DNA of 60,681 bases, the filler included, from Nemertoderma westbladi (lineage: Eukaryota > Animalia > Xenacoelomorpha): NCBI GenBank assembly GCA_032718475.1. It is 3 parts of 3 records of this genome, joined end to end, with 100 filler letters (N's around TTAATTAATTAA, not from the genome) between each part and the next. Parts side by side here need not be neighbours in the genome. Positions count along the whole stretch, not along the records: positions 41,898 to 60,681 come from JAUCBJ010003437.1; 2 more parts are not named here. One strand, 5' to 3'. Each line of letters opens with the position of its first letter. Position 1 is the stretch's first letter. The position numbers and the translations under genes were made by a program. Below, in pieces: positions 47,001 to 60,681 of the stretch. The notes under the pieces were generated by a model. That model worked only from the letters and a program-made list of their open reading frames with translations, was not told the origin of the DNA and did not search any database.

Positions 47001-50000
47001 TATTTGTAGGGATGTGCCGGATTGACTATTTTCAAACCGGCCAGGCCGGATTTGTAAAAAAAAATCCGGCCGGAATTCCGGCCAAGCCGGATTTTTTTTA
47101 TGTCACCACTTTTTTCCTTGAATCAGCTATATAGTACCTTTATGCATGAACATAAATGGAGGGAGGGAGGGTACCACGTAATTTGGTCCTTAGGGCGTTA
47201 GGTCCTGCTTTGATAGATAACGTGCTGGATCATTATCAGCAAGGTCATGCATGATAAGGACTTTGACTTTAATAAGAATTCAGTAAGTAGATTAGTAAGT
47301 ATATGTCATGTCAATTATCCCAACTAAACGGAACGAAAAGAGCGTTTTGCGTTGGTTGGCTGCAAATAAGGGATCATTTCCTAATTTACAAATACTTGTA
47401 CATGTATTCTCAGTCTCGCACAGCGTCTTCAATTTATTCCGCGGAATATTTGTAGAGGCTGCGAGGCTGGTAATGTAGTTGATGAGAAACGCTCTCGTCT
47501 ACTTCCGGATCGTGGAGATAAACTAATATTTTTGTACCATAACCTACGCCAATTTTATATTTGATATAATGGATTGATTTGATAAATTAAGTGCAAATTG
47601 AAAAATAGAACGAAGTAATACAGTAGCTGTGTAGTTTTGGCCCATGTGAAGAATACCAGACTTTCTGCCGTTATATTTCACTTTGCAGTTACCCCCATGT
47701 GAAGAATACCAGGTTTTCACCAAAACCACAGGCTACAGAAGGGCTGAATCTAACCAAAACAATAAACTAATTAGTATATGTACAGGTTATAAGACAGAAA
47801 TAAGCGCTATAAAACACTTAATAAAGATAAATTAAAAAAAAATACAAAATCTTCATATATAAAATTCCAATAAAAAGTCGACCGAAAAGTGAAATCCTGG
47901 TATTCTTCACATGGGCGTTAGTTTTTTTATACTCTCTGATTTAAATTGGATTTACTAAAGTTTCTAAATTGCCTCTCGAATATATAAACTGGTCATTCAC
48001 GGTGGTAAGCTTAATCTCAATTTATAACAAACCTAGCTCAACGACCATACTCAACGCTTGCGCTCTGGGACAATATAATAATTATTGACGAGTTATAATT
48101 AGTATATGGATGGGTATACACACATGTACTATTTATTATATATTAAGTGTTAGTGAGGCTGAGCCCAACCAAATACAAATATTATTGGTAAAAAGTAGTC
48201 AGTCAGCTCAGCATGTAGAGTCGATTGTAGATAGTCATAAAATGATGGCTCTGCTTTCTGCTATAGTCTTTATCATATTCATAATATGAATGAATATAAA
48301 ACCAACAATTAAAATAATTATTTTGTATTCCATTGGATTTCCTGATGTTTAAATTTGTTTGAATTTAAAAGAAAATTTATTTTGATGTTTTTTTTCGAAA
48401 ATTGACATTTAATGTAAATTTTGTCAACAATTCGTTGAAATGGAAATCCGGCAAAAAATTTAAATCCGGCCGGAGCCGGAACCGGATTTTTTTCTCAAAA
48501 TCCGGCCGGATACCCAGCACACCCCCTAATTATTTGTTAAAAACGCACCCAAACGTTAATAACTAAGTCTTCGGCGGCAAATGATAAAAAATTGAAACAG
48601 CCATATAAATAGTAAATTAATTAATTAATAATTAGTAAATGAATGAAATAATAATTAGTAAATTAATTAATTAATAATTAGTCAAATTAATTAATAAAGT
48701 TTGTGCCGTAGGATTACCAAGACGACGGTAAAGAAATTTCGCGAAGATTTTAATTGTAAAGTAACTTGTCTGGACTCTGGAGGCTGGCGCTCTGATAAGT
48801 TGTGCTAATAATAATAATAAGAGCAGAATAACTCACCAGTTAAATCGTAAATATTAATGAGACCGAGAGATGAGGACAACGCCAAGTAACTGCAATCATA
48901 GCTCCAAACTAAACACCTACATTGGGGGTGGGTGTCTGCATCACATATACATTTGGTAACAACAGAGGCAAAATCGTCTTTAGAGGATCTACAAATGTAA
49001 ACAAATAATAGAATCGGTTTGTTGAAATAATCATTTCGTAATACTTTTCACTGGTCCACTTGGTACTTGGAGAGCATCTCGGCAGCGTAACCGATCATAG
49101 TATGTAGAGTAACCGTGGGGTGGGGGCCTAAATTTAATTATAATTTAAATCAAAGAAGTTTACGTTATAGAAGTTTCCGGAAATATGTTTCGTCACAGGA
49201 TTTTCCGGTTTTATTCCACAATATTGCCTTTTCACCTTCCCTTGCTCGCAGCAAACAATGGCAGCGCTAGAGTGGAGGATTTTGGGCAAAATAATTCAGC
49301 TATTATACATCTAATGTATTCGAAGGAAAGGAGTAGTCATTTTTTGGAAAATAAGTATAAATCGGCTAAAAAGGTAATTTACTGAAGTAAAAGTCTTTAT
49401 TTCCTTACCGAATCTCAATGCAATCCTCCTGCAGGACCGCCAGGAGTTTCCCATTGTTTGATAATTCTAGTTTCCAAGGTAACTGGTGACTCATCAACAT
49501 CGATAAAAGGGGAGCAACAGATGAAATTGGGAATCCATGGTTTCCCAGGCGTGAAAGAGAGCACCTGTTAGCAAAAATAATCGTCAACATATAAATAGGG
49601 TGCGGGTCGATTCGCCCCTCGAACTATTTGCCCCACATTTTAGGGGCATAAAAAGACTTAGGGCGAATCGGGTTCGACCGATTCGGCCCACCTTACAAGT
49701 ACAATCGTCCCAGATGATTTAACGATTTTATTTAATGTAACTTTCGGTTGCACGTGTATATAATATTTTTAAACCTTCGATCTACTATAATAAATTACAG
49801 TAAAAATCTTGTTACAAAAAGTTTGACCTTCGGTTGCATAAAATCTTAGATTAAAACTAATCTAAATGTTGATTAATTGAAATTGAATGAAACTATTGTT
49901 GCAACTGATAATACAGGCGTTCTATGTTCTATTTCCTTTGTGAAACTGTTTGTTTATTAATGTAGAATGAAATATGTAGATTCTATATTTTCAGAAGCTA

Positions 50001-50858
50001 ATTTAAGGAGCCCCTAAAGGGACATGAAATATTTTTCTAACTCGTGTTAGTATTACGTGCTCACCTAGCCTATAAGCTAACACGTGCGCGCGCACGTATT
50101 AGACTTTATTCTTCTTCATGTCCCTTTCCGCATTTAGGCTTACCGGTAGGGGCTCAGTACTAAACCCATTGCGGATAATTGCTATTATCGGCCCTTCGGG
50201 CCTCATGGCAATAATGTCGGAAATTCCGCTAAATTTCTTAGATTACAGGATTATGACTTAGGGTTAGGGTTACATGACAGTTTTAATTAGGGTTAAGGCC
50301 GATCATGACCCAACTAACCTTAACCAAAATAATAAACCAAATATACCCATAATACTGTAATACAGTAATATACAATCCTCCACAGCCTCAGCAAATTCAC
50401 TGTACAAACTTGTAAATTAATAAAGATTTAGTATGTAGTATTTTGTATTGCCTGATTGCTGCTGTATTGAATTTGGTGGGTGGCGGTGGCTGATATAATC
50501 ATTAGGCCTATCAGCCTATAACGGATTATATCTGTATATGTCTGATGTCATTATCAGTACCGTACCCCTAGTATATAATAATTAAGTAATCAGGTAATGG
50601 TGAATGGTATAGGCCTAGCAGCCTCGGCTGCCTACTGCCCTAAGCAACTAGGCATACTACTAACCAATGTTTTGGTAGCCCGAAAAGATATCTCATCTGC
50701 TTCCATATGCTACTGTTGTCTTGAATCTGTGTCTGAGGGTCTCTTTCTGATCGCGGTGAGTCACCAGCGTTAATCCATTCGGCCAAAACCAATATATCGT
50801 AAAGAATTCCAGTCATTGAACTATCAGTACCTGTATCGGGATTGGCGTCGGTCGTCAT
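44049..50858 (-). CDS. NBAS: Neuroblastoma-amplified sequence (NBAS/NAG) homolog, first five coding exons: 50858(or 50879)-50665, 49564-49409, 48988-48837, 45781-45052, 44229-44049(?)
   Basis: GT-AG joins keep the frame: ILYDILVLAEW...LPWKLELSNNGKLLAVLQEDCIEIR|SSKDDFAS...VWSYDCSYLAL...IYDLTG|KRLF...LATVHYSGRLCLWSLPGLR...AAWWDNENIILSR|FCGSLTVS...LGRSAESFE...GFIALECE. This matches the NBAS N-terminal propeller region as I recall it. The last donor is uncertain (44048 or 44012). Confidence 0.9.
44556..44987. repeat. 23-bp minisatellite, ~19 copies, in an NBAS intron
   Basis: Unit CAGGTCTCGGAACGTCTGTCGCA. Confidence 0.97.
47007..48528. mobile_element. Non-autonomous hAT-type element in an NBAS intron
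   Basis: Ends TAGGGATGTGC and GCACACCCCCTA, with an 8-bp TSD ATTATTTG (46999-47006, 48529-48536). CCGG-rich subterminal repeats at both ends. An internal inverted repeat CCCATGTGAAGAATACCA suggests a nested MITE. Confidence 0.85.
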
Positions 50859-51179
50859 TTTCCAGTCTCCAGGTCTCATTCAGTCAGTTCCAAGTTTAGT
50901 TGTATTCTACTGTACTGACTACAGGACTAGGCAGGCATACGCCTAGATCTTCTGAACTGTCAGACTGTAGGCCTAGTTTCCAGATAGGCTGACAGCGACA
51001 GGGCTTACGCCAGTCTGCCAGTACTGAACGTGATTTGTTCTTGTTGTGATTTGGTCAATTTGGTGTGATTACTGTGATTTGGGTGTTTTTTAGGATGGCT
51101 AAAACGTCTGTCCGCATCCGATCTGATTTGATCTGATCTGACGGTACCTGACATTTGTTCCACTTCCACCTTGGTTCAG

Positions 51180-51304
51180 AGCCCAACATGGTGCAGTGGT
51201 GTTGATATTGAATTCACATCTCCCGGAGGTTATGAGTTCAACCCCGGCATGGGGGCCAAGGTAGTTATCGTTTCCGCACGAATGCTTTGAAGGGTTTAGG
51301 GAGA

Positions 51305-51336
<32 letters not shown>
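51180..51336 (+). mobile_element. Possible tRNA-derived SINE
   Basis: A-box-like TGGTGCAGTGG, B-box-like GAGTTCAACCC and an (ATT)n tail at ~51306-51336. It does not fold as a clean tRNA by eye. Confidence 0.5.
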
Positions 51337-51337
<1 letters not shown>

Positions 51338-52139
51338 AAGTTACAGGAACAAGAAAGTTGAGAACTTATAGGGTCCCATAAATCACGATATGTAAGCGGA
51401 AATTAAACTTTAAAAATATAAGAATTACTCAAAACATTTAAACAACACAATAAGGTAGAATGCAACATACATTTAGCATTTACGACATGTCTCCATAATA
51501 CAATAAAATGGCGCAAAGTAAATAAAAGTTTATATATCATATGTGGACTATCTAGATAAAATAGATAAAAATTAATGGCATAGAAGTAATCTATACGGTG
51601 TTAACAGAATAAGATTATTGGCTATATAATGTACAACGCAGTGGTAGATAAATAATTAAAATGGGATTGCATAACATGTGAGTAAAATAGAACAACTGGG
51701 AACTGTGATTCCGGAATGTGTGACAGCATAACAATACGATATACATACATTGTATAACTACTGGAAAATAAAATAAAATAGGTAGGCCTACAAAAGTAAA
51801 ATAAAACAGTACAAATTCATTAAAAAAAAAGGTAAGAAAAACAACTGAGTATGGATAATTAAATAAAACAGATACAGTACAATAGTAAAACGGTACAAAT
51901 TCATGAAGATAAAAGATTAATGCATAACAGATTGCATAGCATGTGAGTAAAAATAGGGCAACTGTGGAAATACGATATACAATTTTTAACCAAGATGGGA
52001 AAATTAAATAAAATAAGTAGTAAAGTAAAACGGTAGAAATTCAATAAAAAAAGCGGTAAAAAAACTGAAGTTAAAATAAGATTAATAAAATATACGGCTA
52101 AATAAGATTTACAGTAATTATGAGTTAGATAGATTATGT

Positions 52140-54010
52140 GAACAAGTGGATTAGATTAGATTAATTCCACCAGGATGGGTAGAACTTAGTAGCAGAGTTG
52201 TAATGGTCATTTAAGTTCGATTTGAATATATTCACACTTGACTTGGGGAAGTAACAACCACATCAGGAAGAGCATTCCAGGGAGATATGACTCGGAAGTG
52301 GAACGAATCGGCCCGGATTTTCAGACGGACGGTCGGTTTGGTGAGTTTTAAAGAGTTACCGCGACAGACAGTTGACGATAAGGAGAAGAAACTCTGCCAA
52401 TCGACAGCATAAACACCCGTTAGCATGCGATATAATTGAATAAGGTCCGCGCGAGAACGACGGTATTCCAGAGTAGGTAGTCCCAAGCGACGCAGTCGCT
52501 CCGGATATGGAAGGTCACGAAGGCCCGCTACCAAACGGGTAGCCCGACGTTGGACAGACGCAAGTAGGCGGCTTTCTCCTACATGGCTGGGTGATCAAAC
52601 TGGAGATGCGTATTCCACAAAGGACGGACAAGTGACTTATATAGACTAATGATCATGTCTTCATTGAGGTGATTAAAGCTTCTATATACTACCTAGCCCC
52701 AGAACCTTATTCGCCTTCTTCACGATAGTAGTGGCTATGTGCAATGAGAACTGGAGAGAATCAAGTTCACACCCAAGTCTTTCTCTGTTTCGGTTGTCTC
52801 CATAGTGTGTGTGACCCGAGGGTGTAAGTGTACCTGGGGTTAGAGCGACGCCGGTCAGAATCAAACGCTTTACGAAAGTCTAAAAAGGCAACGTCAATAC
52901 ATTGTCGGTCATCAAGGACCTTATACCAGTTAAATATGGCATCCAGTATTTGCAGTGTACATGAGCGTCCTTTAAGAAACCCATACTGTTGGTCAGAAAG
53001 ACGTCTGTTTTCCTTTAAAAATTCGTATGTGACAGATGCTATGTTGCGCGCCATAAGCTACACACAACTGAGGTTAAGCTAATCTGCCGGTAGTTTTCTT
53101 TATCATATTTCTTTCCATTCTTGAACTGCGGAGATATATTTGCCAATTTCCATTCTGCTGGAACTATACCTTCATCCATAGACATTTGGAATAGAATAGC
53201 AAGTGGATGGGCGACGGAATCAGCAAGTTCCTTTATGACCTGTGAATATATGGAATCAGGGCCAGGGGCACTGGGACTTTTCATTTCCTGTATGGCTTTT
53301 GTGACTGGTTCTGTGGTGAATGAAATTGAGGAGAGTTCGAAAGGATAGTGTTTGATTGAGTAGGCGGAAGGCTAGAAATGTTACTTAGGTCTTCAACTGT
53401 AAAAGCACTATGAAAATACTCATTTAACAAAGTTGCTTTCTCAATATTTGTAGTGGCGAATGTACCATATGGACGTTTGAGGTTGTGTATGGTTGAACGA
53501 ACTTTGGTATTTGACCGAACAAACTTCCAGAATTCAGTTGGATTTGTTGCGGCATTCAAGGCGATTTTACGTTCAAATTGACACTTTGCCTTCCGTATAT
53601 TTTGGGTACAAATATTTCTAGCAAGTTTATATCTTTCCATTGTATTAGGCGACGGATCTCTGCGGTACGCAATCCAACAGTGTTCCTTGTTCCGAATAGA
53701 ATTACGAACGTCAATGTTCTGTTCATCCACTTGGGTGGCAGAGAGGAAGAAATGGGTTTGGTGGGAATATGGTGTTTGCATGAGTGCAATAGGCAGGAAT
53801 GGAATAGTGACCATGATGATTGTGCAGAGAGAGGAGTGAAGAGGGCAGACCAGTTATTGATATTAAATTCTGCAGCAATTGATGAATAATTTGCTTTTGA
53901 AAAGATGGGACGATTAAGTGTTGTAACTGACTTTGGTGTTTGGAGAGCAACATGAAAGTCAAACACTACATGGTCGCTGGCACCTAGAGCAGGTCTATAA
54001 GTAGGATAAT
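52140..54010 (-). pseudogene. Decayed CR1-type LINE ORF2 (endonuclease tail, RT and C-terminal region) with frameshifts and an internal deletion
   Basis: Fragments in successive frames: LGASDHVVFDF, EFWKFVRS, SAPGPDSI, WKLANISP..K.G....ENYRQISLTSVVC, QYGFLKGRSC, FLDFRKAFDS, LPYPERLRRLGLPTLEYRRSRADLI, RVISPWNALP. (CTAAT)n-like tail. Confidence 0.9.
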
Positions 54011-55661
54011 CAATATCTCTGCATTACATCCGTAATTCAATTCAATTCAATCCGGTCATAATGCCACCACCACCGGTGGCTATAAATGGTAGCTAAATGA
54101 GTACTGGAGTTTCTGCCCATTTCAGCATGTGAAGTTTCCTTGAATCACTCTATATTCTTTAAGTATATCGTCATGCGTGACCTTTAAATTATTGGTAGTG
54201 AGTGTATTTAATATTATTATTTCGGTGTTAAAGATACAGTAGTAGTTCATTATCTTAAATAATGTACACTTAATTTATTTTATAAGTATAGAGTTTAAAA
54301 AGTATAGAGTTTAAAAGAACACAAGGCTCAAATTTGTTGAGAAATGATTACGAACAGTTTATGAATATTTTTCTTCACCAAATTGCTATTTTTATTGTTG
54401 TTATTTAATTACCGTTAATAATGGTTTCGGATTTGGTTGTCGGCTGTCGGCGTAACGTTTACACCCCTATAACTGTATAACATAAATGTTTTCTTCCAAC
54501 TGTTCAAGACATGTATTTAAGCATACTAGGCTAAATAAAGAATGTTGATTAGGTTTTTTATTTCATAGGCAGCGAACGTTCCTATTTTTAATTCCGTTAA
54601 AAAAAGTAAGTATCAGTTTCGAAAGATTTATAATTCGTGAGGTAAAAGTTTGAAGCACTAGTTCTGGTAATGATGTAAGAGTGCATATTACACAATCTGT
54701 GGAATTTTTGTTTTAGGAAATTTGGGCACTTACCATTCAGCCATTATACACTTATGGCACATGGTTATGGCGTACCGGGTAGTTGGTTAACTTTACTATC
54801 TACTGTAAGTTAAGTAGGCCGTCAGTAGTCCATTCACTGTATGGAGTTGAGTAATGGAGTTGAGTTAGGTATGTAGTGCATTGGTTATTTGTAGTCTAAT
54901 AAAATCGTACTACAGTACTTTCTGAGCTACTTGTATGTAAATAGCGGAAATATACATTTAAGCTGGTTACATATACAAAATATTGAAAAAATATTTATTT
55001 ATTGAATGTATGGTTGCAATTTGTTAAATATCAAAACCATTTTTACATTAAACATTATAATTATTGTAGGGACAATAGGAAATGGTTAGGTGTGAGGCAG
55101 TTAGGTGTGTACAGTAGGTGTTAGTTGTACAGTAGGATATGTAGGTAAGATGTGTTAAGTTAGTTCTACATCCCCCACTGCCATATCCCCATAGTAACAA
55201 TCCACAGTGCAAACAGAAAGAAGAATGCTTCAAATTTTGATTAATTATTGATTGAGAACTATTAAGATCTTTGCAGAACTTTGTTATATATCATTAACTC
55301 TGCAAAGATCTGCACTGATCTTACTAAAACTCCAGAGATAAGCTGTGGTCTTACCAATCCTGCAAAGATCTGCACTGATCGTTACCAACCCTGCTAAGAT
55401 CATAGAGCAAAGGTGCCAAGATCTTACCAAGACATATAAAGATCTTATGCTAAGATCAGTGCAGATTGGTGATGTTGCAAGTCTAGGGTAGCCTTCAAAC
55501 CAAGAAGAGCATACGTATGTAGTCCATGTGACTCGACAGCATGACACTGTATTAAAGAAGAGCAAAGCATGTACAATGTGCTATGTACAATGTACAATGT
55601 GCAAAGCATGTACAATGCGCTGATGTGTACACTTTACTGTATCTTACGGAAGCCCACAACT

Positions 55662-55889
55662 ACTGTCAAGGACAAAACATTAATGAAACTTGGACACAAT
55701 TAAATCAATTTCATAGAAAGCCATAGAAACCATGCCATTTCAAAATTATTGGGGGCATTTTGCCCTGATGGCGTTTTGCCTTTGCCCTCAGGAATTCCCC
55801 AGGAATTTTGAAATGGCATGCTTTCTCTGGCTTTCTATGAAATTAATTTAATTGTGTCTAAGTTTTATTAATGTTTTGTCCTTGACAGT
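55662..55889. mobile_element. Short foldback/MITE
   Basis: ~85-bp inverted arms ACTGTCAAGGACAAAACATTAAT... and ...ATTAATGTTTTGTCCTTGACAGT. Confidence 0.8.
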
Positions 55890-57167
55890 TGTCTGATAGT
55901 TGACAGCTGCTGTATCTATTATTATTAGCGAATTAGAGGATTAGACTACATAATAGCCATCTCCCTTTGAACCAGGTAAACGCGATTGAGCCAATGGGAA
56001 CACAATATTCCTGCCCCTTTCCACTGTTTGTAGGTACAGTAGCTACTACATACTATAGTACGATAATTCAAATTTACCGCCTGGTTGTCATGTATTGATT
56101 GGCAGTCCGCTGTCCGCAGTACTCAGTCTTTATATACGCACCCAGTACTGAGGTACCGTTAGTACTGTATTTATTGGACTGCAATAAAGAAATAATTCCG
56201 AGATAAGGGGGGGGGGGGGGGGGGACTGGATGCAATGAAATGATTGATAAAAAAAAATTTGGTTAAAATAACGTGCCACTGCAACCTGCTCCTTTCCCTA
56301 AATTGAGAATTTATCATTGAGGCGGGATATTAATCCAGCCCCCCCCCCCCCCCCCCGTCTCATAATTCCAGAGTTCATCCATGTACTGTAGGCTTACAAC
56401 TTGCTACAGGCATTACAGCATTACTCACATGACTTCGTGGTACTTACAAGAAGGCGGAAACCGATCGAAACACATGTTTCCATTAATTGATCATATAATT
56501 TGAAATTATAAAATTTATTAATATGAATATACAACCACAACCTATACCAACTACAACTACTAAGATGATTGTTTTATTCGTCATATTTCAATAATATAAA
56601 TAATTCATCATTCAGTCTACTGCAAAGTACTGTATGTACGTTACCGGTACTTTATATAGTTTATTGTTTATAAGTTGGGAATGTTGAAGTGAAACTATTT
56701 TTTATTTTAAAACTCAAGAGACAGGAAATTTTATTAAATTAAATTTTATTCACTTTTAGCCACAGTACACGTTGCTATGGTAATAGGTCACTTCACCAAA
56801 ACACCAGTAAAGTATTATATTTAGCATCTAATACTGGATAATGTGGTAACCGACTGAAAAATATCTTCATAAAATGTTAACGGTTTACGATAATAACGGT
56901 TAAAAATGTACCCAAATGCTGTATAAATAATTGTTACCTACTGTATCTGAACGATGAAATATAAGTTTACATTTATGTTTAACGCTAGAAATAAGACCGG
57001 CGCTTGTACAGTACAGTATCATGGCAAGAATGATTATCTACAGAGGCATACAGTACATGAGAACAATGCAGATGAACATTGGTTAAACATGGTAGCCGTG
57101 AACTAATAAGGCATTGTTTTGATAAACGCTAGAGAGCCAGCAAGCTGGCAAATAAAACCGTCCAGAG

Positions 57168-57355
57168 TTGCTCGTTGTTGCTCATTGTTGCTCGTTGTTG
57201 GTCATTGTTGCTCGTTGTTGCTCATTGTTGCTCGTTGTTGCTCATTGTTACTCGTTGTTGTACTTTATTATTGCTCGTTGTTGCTCGTTGTTCCTCTTGG
57301 TTGCTCATTGTTGCTCATTGTTGACCTCATTGTTGCTCGTTGTTGGTCATTGTCG
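57168..57355. repeat. 10-bp minisatellite
   Basis: Unit TTGCTC(G/A)TTG, ~18 degenerate copies. Confidence 0.9.
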
Positions 57356-60084
57356 CTAGTGCATTTTAGCACCTACCATTAATAATACAACTACATATAC
57401 TACATCGGTAGGCGTTCTGGTCATTCCCGTTATCACTCCATAAGATTGTTAGTACAGTACAGTAGCTTAAAGTCGCAGCTTGCAGCCGCGGAAAATAATT
57501 TACGATTATTAAATAACTCAGACACCCTTCCATGCGATATGATCACATTTTACAGTACCTTCCTAATATACAATTGGGAGGCCTATACAGATTTTTCGCA
57601 CATACAGTACAGTACAGTATATATATACAGTAGTAGGCCTATCATTTCGACAATAATTGTATTGCAGTTTTTGGTCTACTATTCCATTCAATCCCTCGCT
57701 ATTCCATTTGTTAAGCAAGCGCGAGCAGAGCCGTCAGTAGTGCTTCTTACTGTCGAACGATACAGCAAATAACAACTGCTTCTTACTGTACGCGGTCCGC
57801 CTTGGCCCAACGCAATCTCTTAATTTGAACACAGGCAGACCCTCCAAAACCGTCTGCTAAATAGGTTAATATTACGGCTCTGACATTCACTCGCTCCTTT
57901 CTCTGTTGATTGCTCAACAGAGAGCTAACTATTCGAATCTATAAGCCACACAGGAATAAACCTGAAATGGCTCCCTAAGCTACTTAAAATGAGTGCGGGT
58001 GGTCTAACACTCGGCGTTCACTTAACACTGGAATTTACAGGGCGAAGATATCGAATGTGAGAATATTTTAATATTATGACCAGATAAATCTGTTTATTTT
58101 CTTAATGTCAAAACTTGGCCTTCGGCTGGTTTTAGACCAGCGAATTCTTTAGTACCAATTCTTTATTTTATTCTAACATCGCTAAATTAACTACAGTGTC
58201 ATGAATACGTACTCCAGAATACTACGTTTTCCAGAATATGTACTTCTAATTTATTACGTACTGGGTTATACTAGCAACAGCCTAAATACTGTATTATTTT
58301 GACCTAATCAGCAATTAATAAGCATAAACTAAGAAATGGAAAACAATCAAGAAAACAGCGCCTATATAAACATTCACATTCAAGAATCAGGCACTCTTTA
58401 GCAACACAACATAAAATAGCGTAGCAATAAAGCTAGTAGTATGGCAGATAGCGCTAGCAGCGCCAGTCAGCTAACGTCGACTAGAGCGCTAGAATACCAG
58501 TCTGCTAGTGTACTAATATACTAGTACACTCGTACGTTAGTATATCAGTGTAAGAAGCAAAGGCCACCCAAAGCCGCATGTAGGCCTCCTAAATAAACCC
58601 CAATTCTACCCCCTAACGCTGCAAGGTTGAGACGAAGTCTGGATAGTCAGCCCCCAAATACTGTAATGACGACCGGTCCCCGGTCCTTAGCTGATTAGCC
58701 CGACTGCAACAGTGGCCCCCCGCCAGCGTTGCCCCACATTGGATCCTCCACACCTCCCTCCGTCGCTTCCACAGTGCGTCCGCCTCACCTACCGGTGCCC
58801 TTATCCCTCCATGCTAAAACAAATAGCTACCGTATCGGCGCATGCGTTCGCAAACAGTCTGACAGTCGAAAAGAAATCCCCGTAACCATTATCACATCTC
58901 AATTACATAGAAATCAAGAGTCAATGCAGAAATCATTATTCGAAATTGTAATCAAGAAGTACTCAGAGGAATCAGCATTAACGATTTACATAATTAGAAG
59001 AAAGAAAAATAGCAAAAATTCAAATCATTACAGAATACTGCAAAGTATACGCAGACAGGTAAAACAGGGTAATACAAGAAACGGAAACGGGAACAAAAAC
59101 GGGGGAATACAAGATACTGAAGCACTGCAAATTTATAGCTGAAGAAATATGTATGACGCAATAATCGTTTCATTGGTCCAACAAACCCTGCCACCCTTAG
59201 ACTAACCTAAAACAGCTGGGCCAATGGGGAGCTGGGTTGTGATCCCTTTCGCCCCATTTCACAAATTATTACCATATATGGTAATGAAATCTGTCCCGGT
59301 GGGCTTATAGGTTGTTGGCCGTAACATTAATTTCGCGATTATTAAAGCACATTAAGCATAAATTCGATATAAAGCCAATTTAGGGAGAAATATAAAAGGA
59401 AATTAACACAAATACACAATTAGTTCAGTCAATATTGATAAACGGCAAATTCGTATTAAAGTTTTATGAAAGTTTGCTACCATAAATGTTATTTACAAAG
59501 ATTTTATTATAAAATTACATTCGCAAACTACATACTGTACAAAAAACGGATGAAATATATAAACTTGGATATTTTATTTTCCCTATCTAATCACGGCTGT
59601 ACATCATTATGACTTATCTAAAATACTTTATACTGTATAATGGGCTGCTTCAGTACACAGCGCCATATATCGTAACACCATTGTATTGCAGTTTTTTGCT
59701 TTACTATTCCATTCAATCCCTCGCCGTTTTTACGAGCATTACACCTACATTAAGCCGTCAGGTGTTAGTTAATGTTAAAATAATAATCTTGAATTTCATT
59801 CCATATTACTTATGCGTCGCATTTTGAACGCGCTTTGACATCACGGTCACCAAAACGCTGTGATTATTGACCAGCATTGAGATTCCAGGGTGATGTCACC
59901 GCGTGGTATATCTACAGTTCTGTATGAACCGGGATTAAGAATAGGGCGAATACGTTTCTGGGTCGTGTTTTTATATATCTGATTACACCTACGTATAACT
60001 TTTTAATGGACTGATAGATTTCAAAAAATTAAGCAGTACCGTTTTTTCCCTAATCTATGCAGTGTAAAAGTTTAGCGGGTAATT

Positions 60085-60681
60085 TATCCTTGAACGGAGT
60101 GTTCGCGCTTTTGAAGACCTTTAGCAGTTCAACCCGCCAAAATTTATATGTCTTTTAGTCAATTAAAACACCTTTAGCATACGACAATATTTTATGCTAA
60201 TACACAAAACATTAGCCGAAGTCAGCCCATGCGCGATCATTCACCCGATGGATCTACACCCGGGAGGCTGAATTCGGATGCTTAAATTTTATTATTGCAG
60301 TGTAAGGTTGCAGTGTAAACCTACTGTATTATTCGATAGATCGTTAATAATTAATTTCTGACAGATATTATTGGCTTTCGGGAAATATTAACAGTTCCTT
60401 TAGGACGTGGCGCTCTATCTATTTAAACAGAACTAGGACTTATACTAAACGCAACGATACCGCTTATGATTAAAGTATAAGGCGTATTCTTTAGGAAATA
60501 CTTTGTTACCAATCACAATCATGCACACTATTCTGCCGACCGTCAGTAGATTTGATCACACATAAAGAGAGCAGCAATTGACTCATGTAGGGTCTGCTAA
60601 ATAACATTAGATTCAATACACACCACTTTTATATAAATCGCAATTGTTATGTATAGCCTGTCTCTCTAACCTGTAGTGTAT
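60085..60681 (-). repeat. Dispersed repeat family A, diverged inverted copy 3
   Basis: Reverse-complement blocks such as AATATTAACAGTTCCTTTAGGACGTGGCGC and GACTCATGTAGGGTCT...AAATAACATTAGATTC match copies 1 and 2. Confidence 0.8.

Noticed and set aside
50255-50325. TTAGGG telomere-like repeats (also ~36385-36420)
   Set aside because: Only two or three degenerate units, interstitial. Not a telomere.
58560-59142. GC-richer region with a 137-aa ORF
   Set aside because: No ATG start, no recognisable domain and no convincing splice pattern.

Overview
AT-rich, intron-containing eukaryotic DNA, most likely from an invertebrate animal. The window is three unrelated-looking segments joined by two artificial 100-nt linkers (N44-TTAATTAATTAA-N44 at 18124-18223 and 41798-41897), so synteny across those points is not reliable. 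Segment 1 carries the most unusual object: a divergent Helitron-like rolling-circle element on the minus strand. It encodes an OTU protease domain, a Cys-rich domain, an HUH Rep, a PIF1-type helicase and a degenerate C-terminal GIY-YIG-like domain. An array of seven ~129-bp repeats starts at its stop codon, followed by a duplicated ~75-nt hairpin. Segment 1 also has a 5'-truncated RTE-like LINE with a 13-bp TSD and a duplicated, apparently structured ~125-nt unit. Segment 2 has 45-bp and 15-bp satellites and the last exon of TMEM117. It also has an apparently intact, intron-containing piggyBac transposon nested inside a DINE/HINE-like non-autonomous Helentron, and a zinc-finger/acidic pseudogene. 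Segment 3 has the first five coding exons of NBAS, an opposite-strand Ly6/three-finger-like gene end, several MITEs and a decayed CR1-type LINE. All family calls come from reading motifs by eye; no searches were run.
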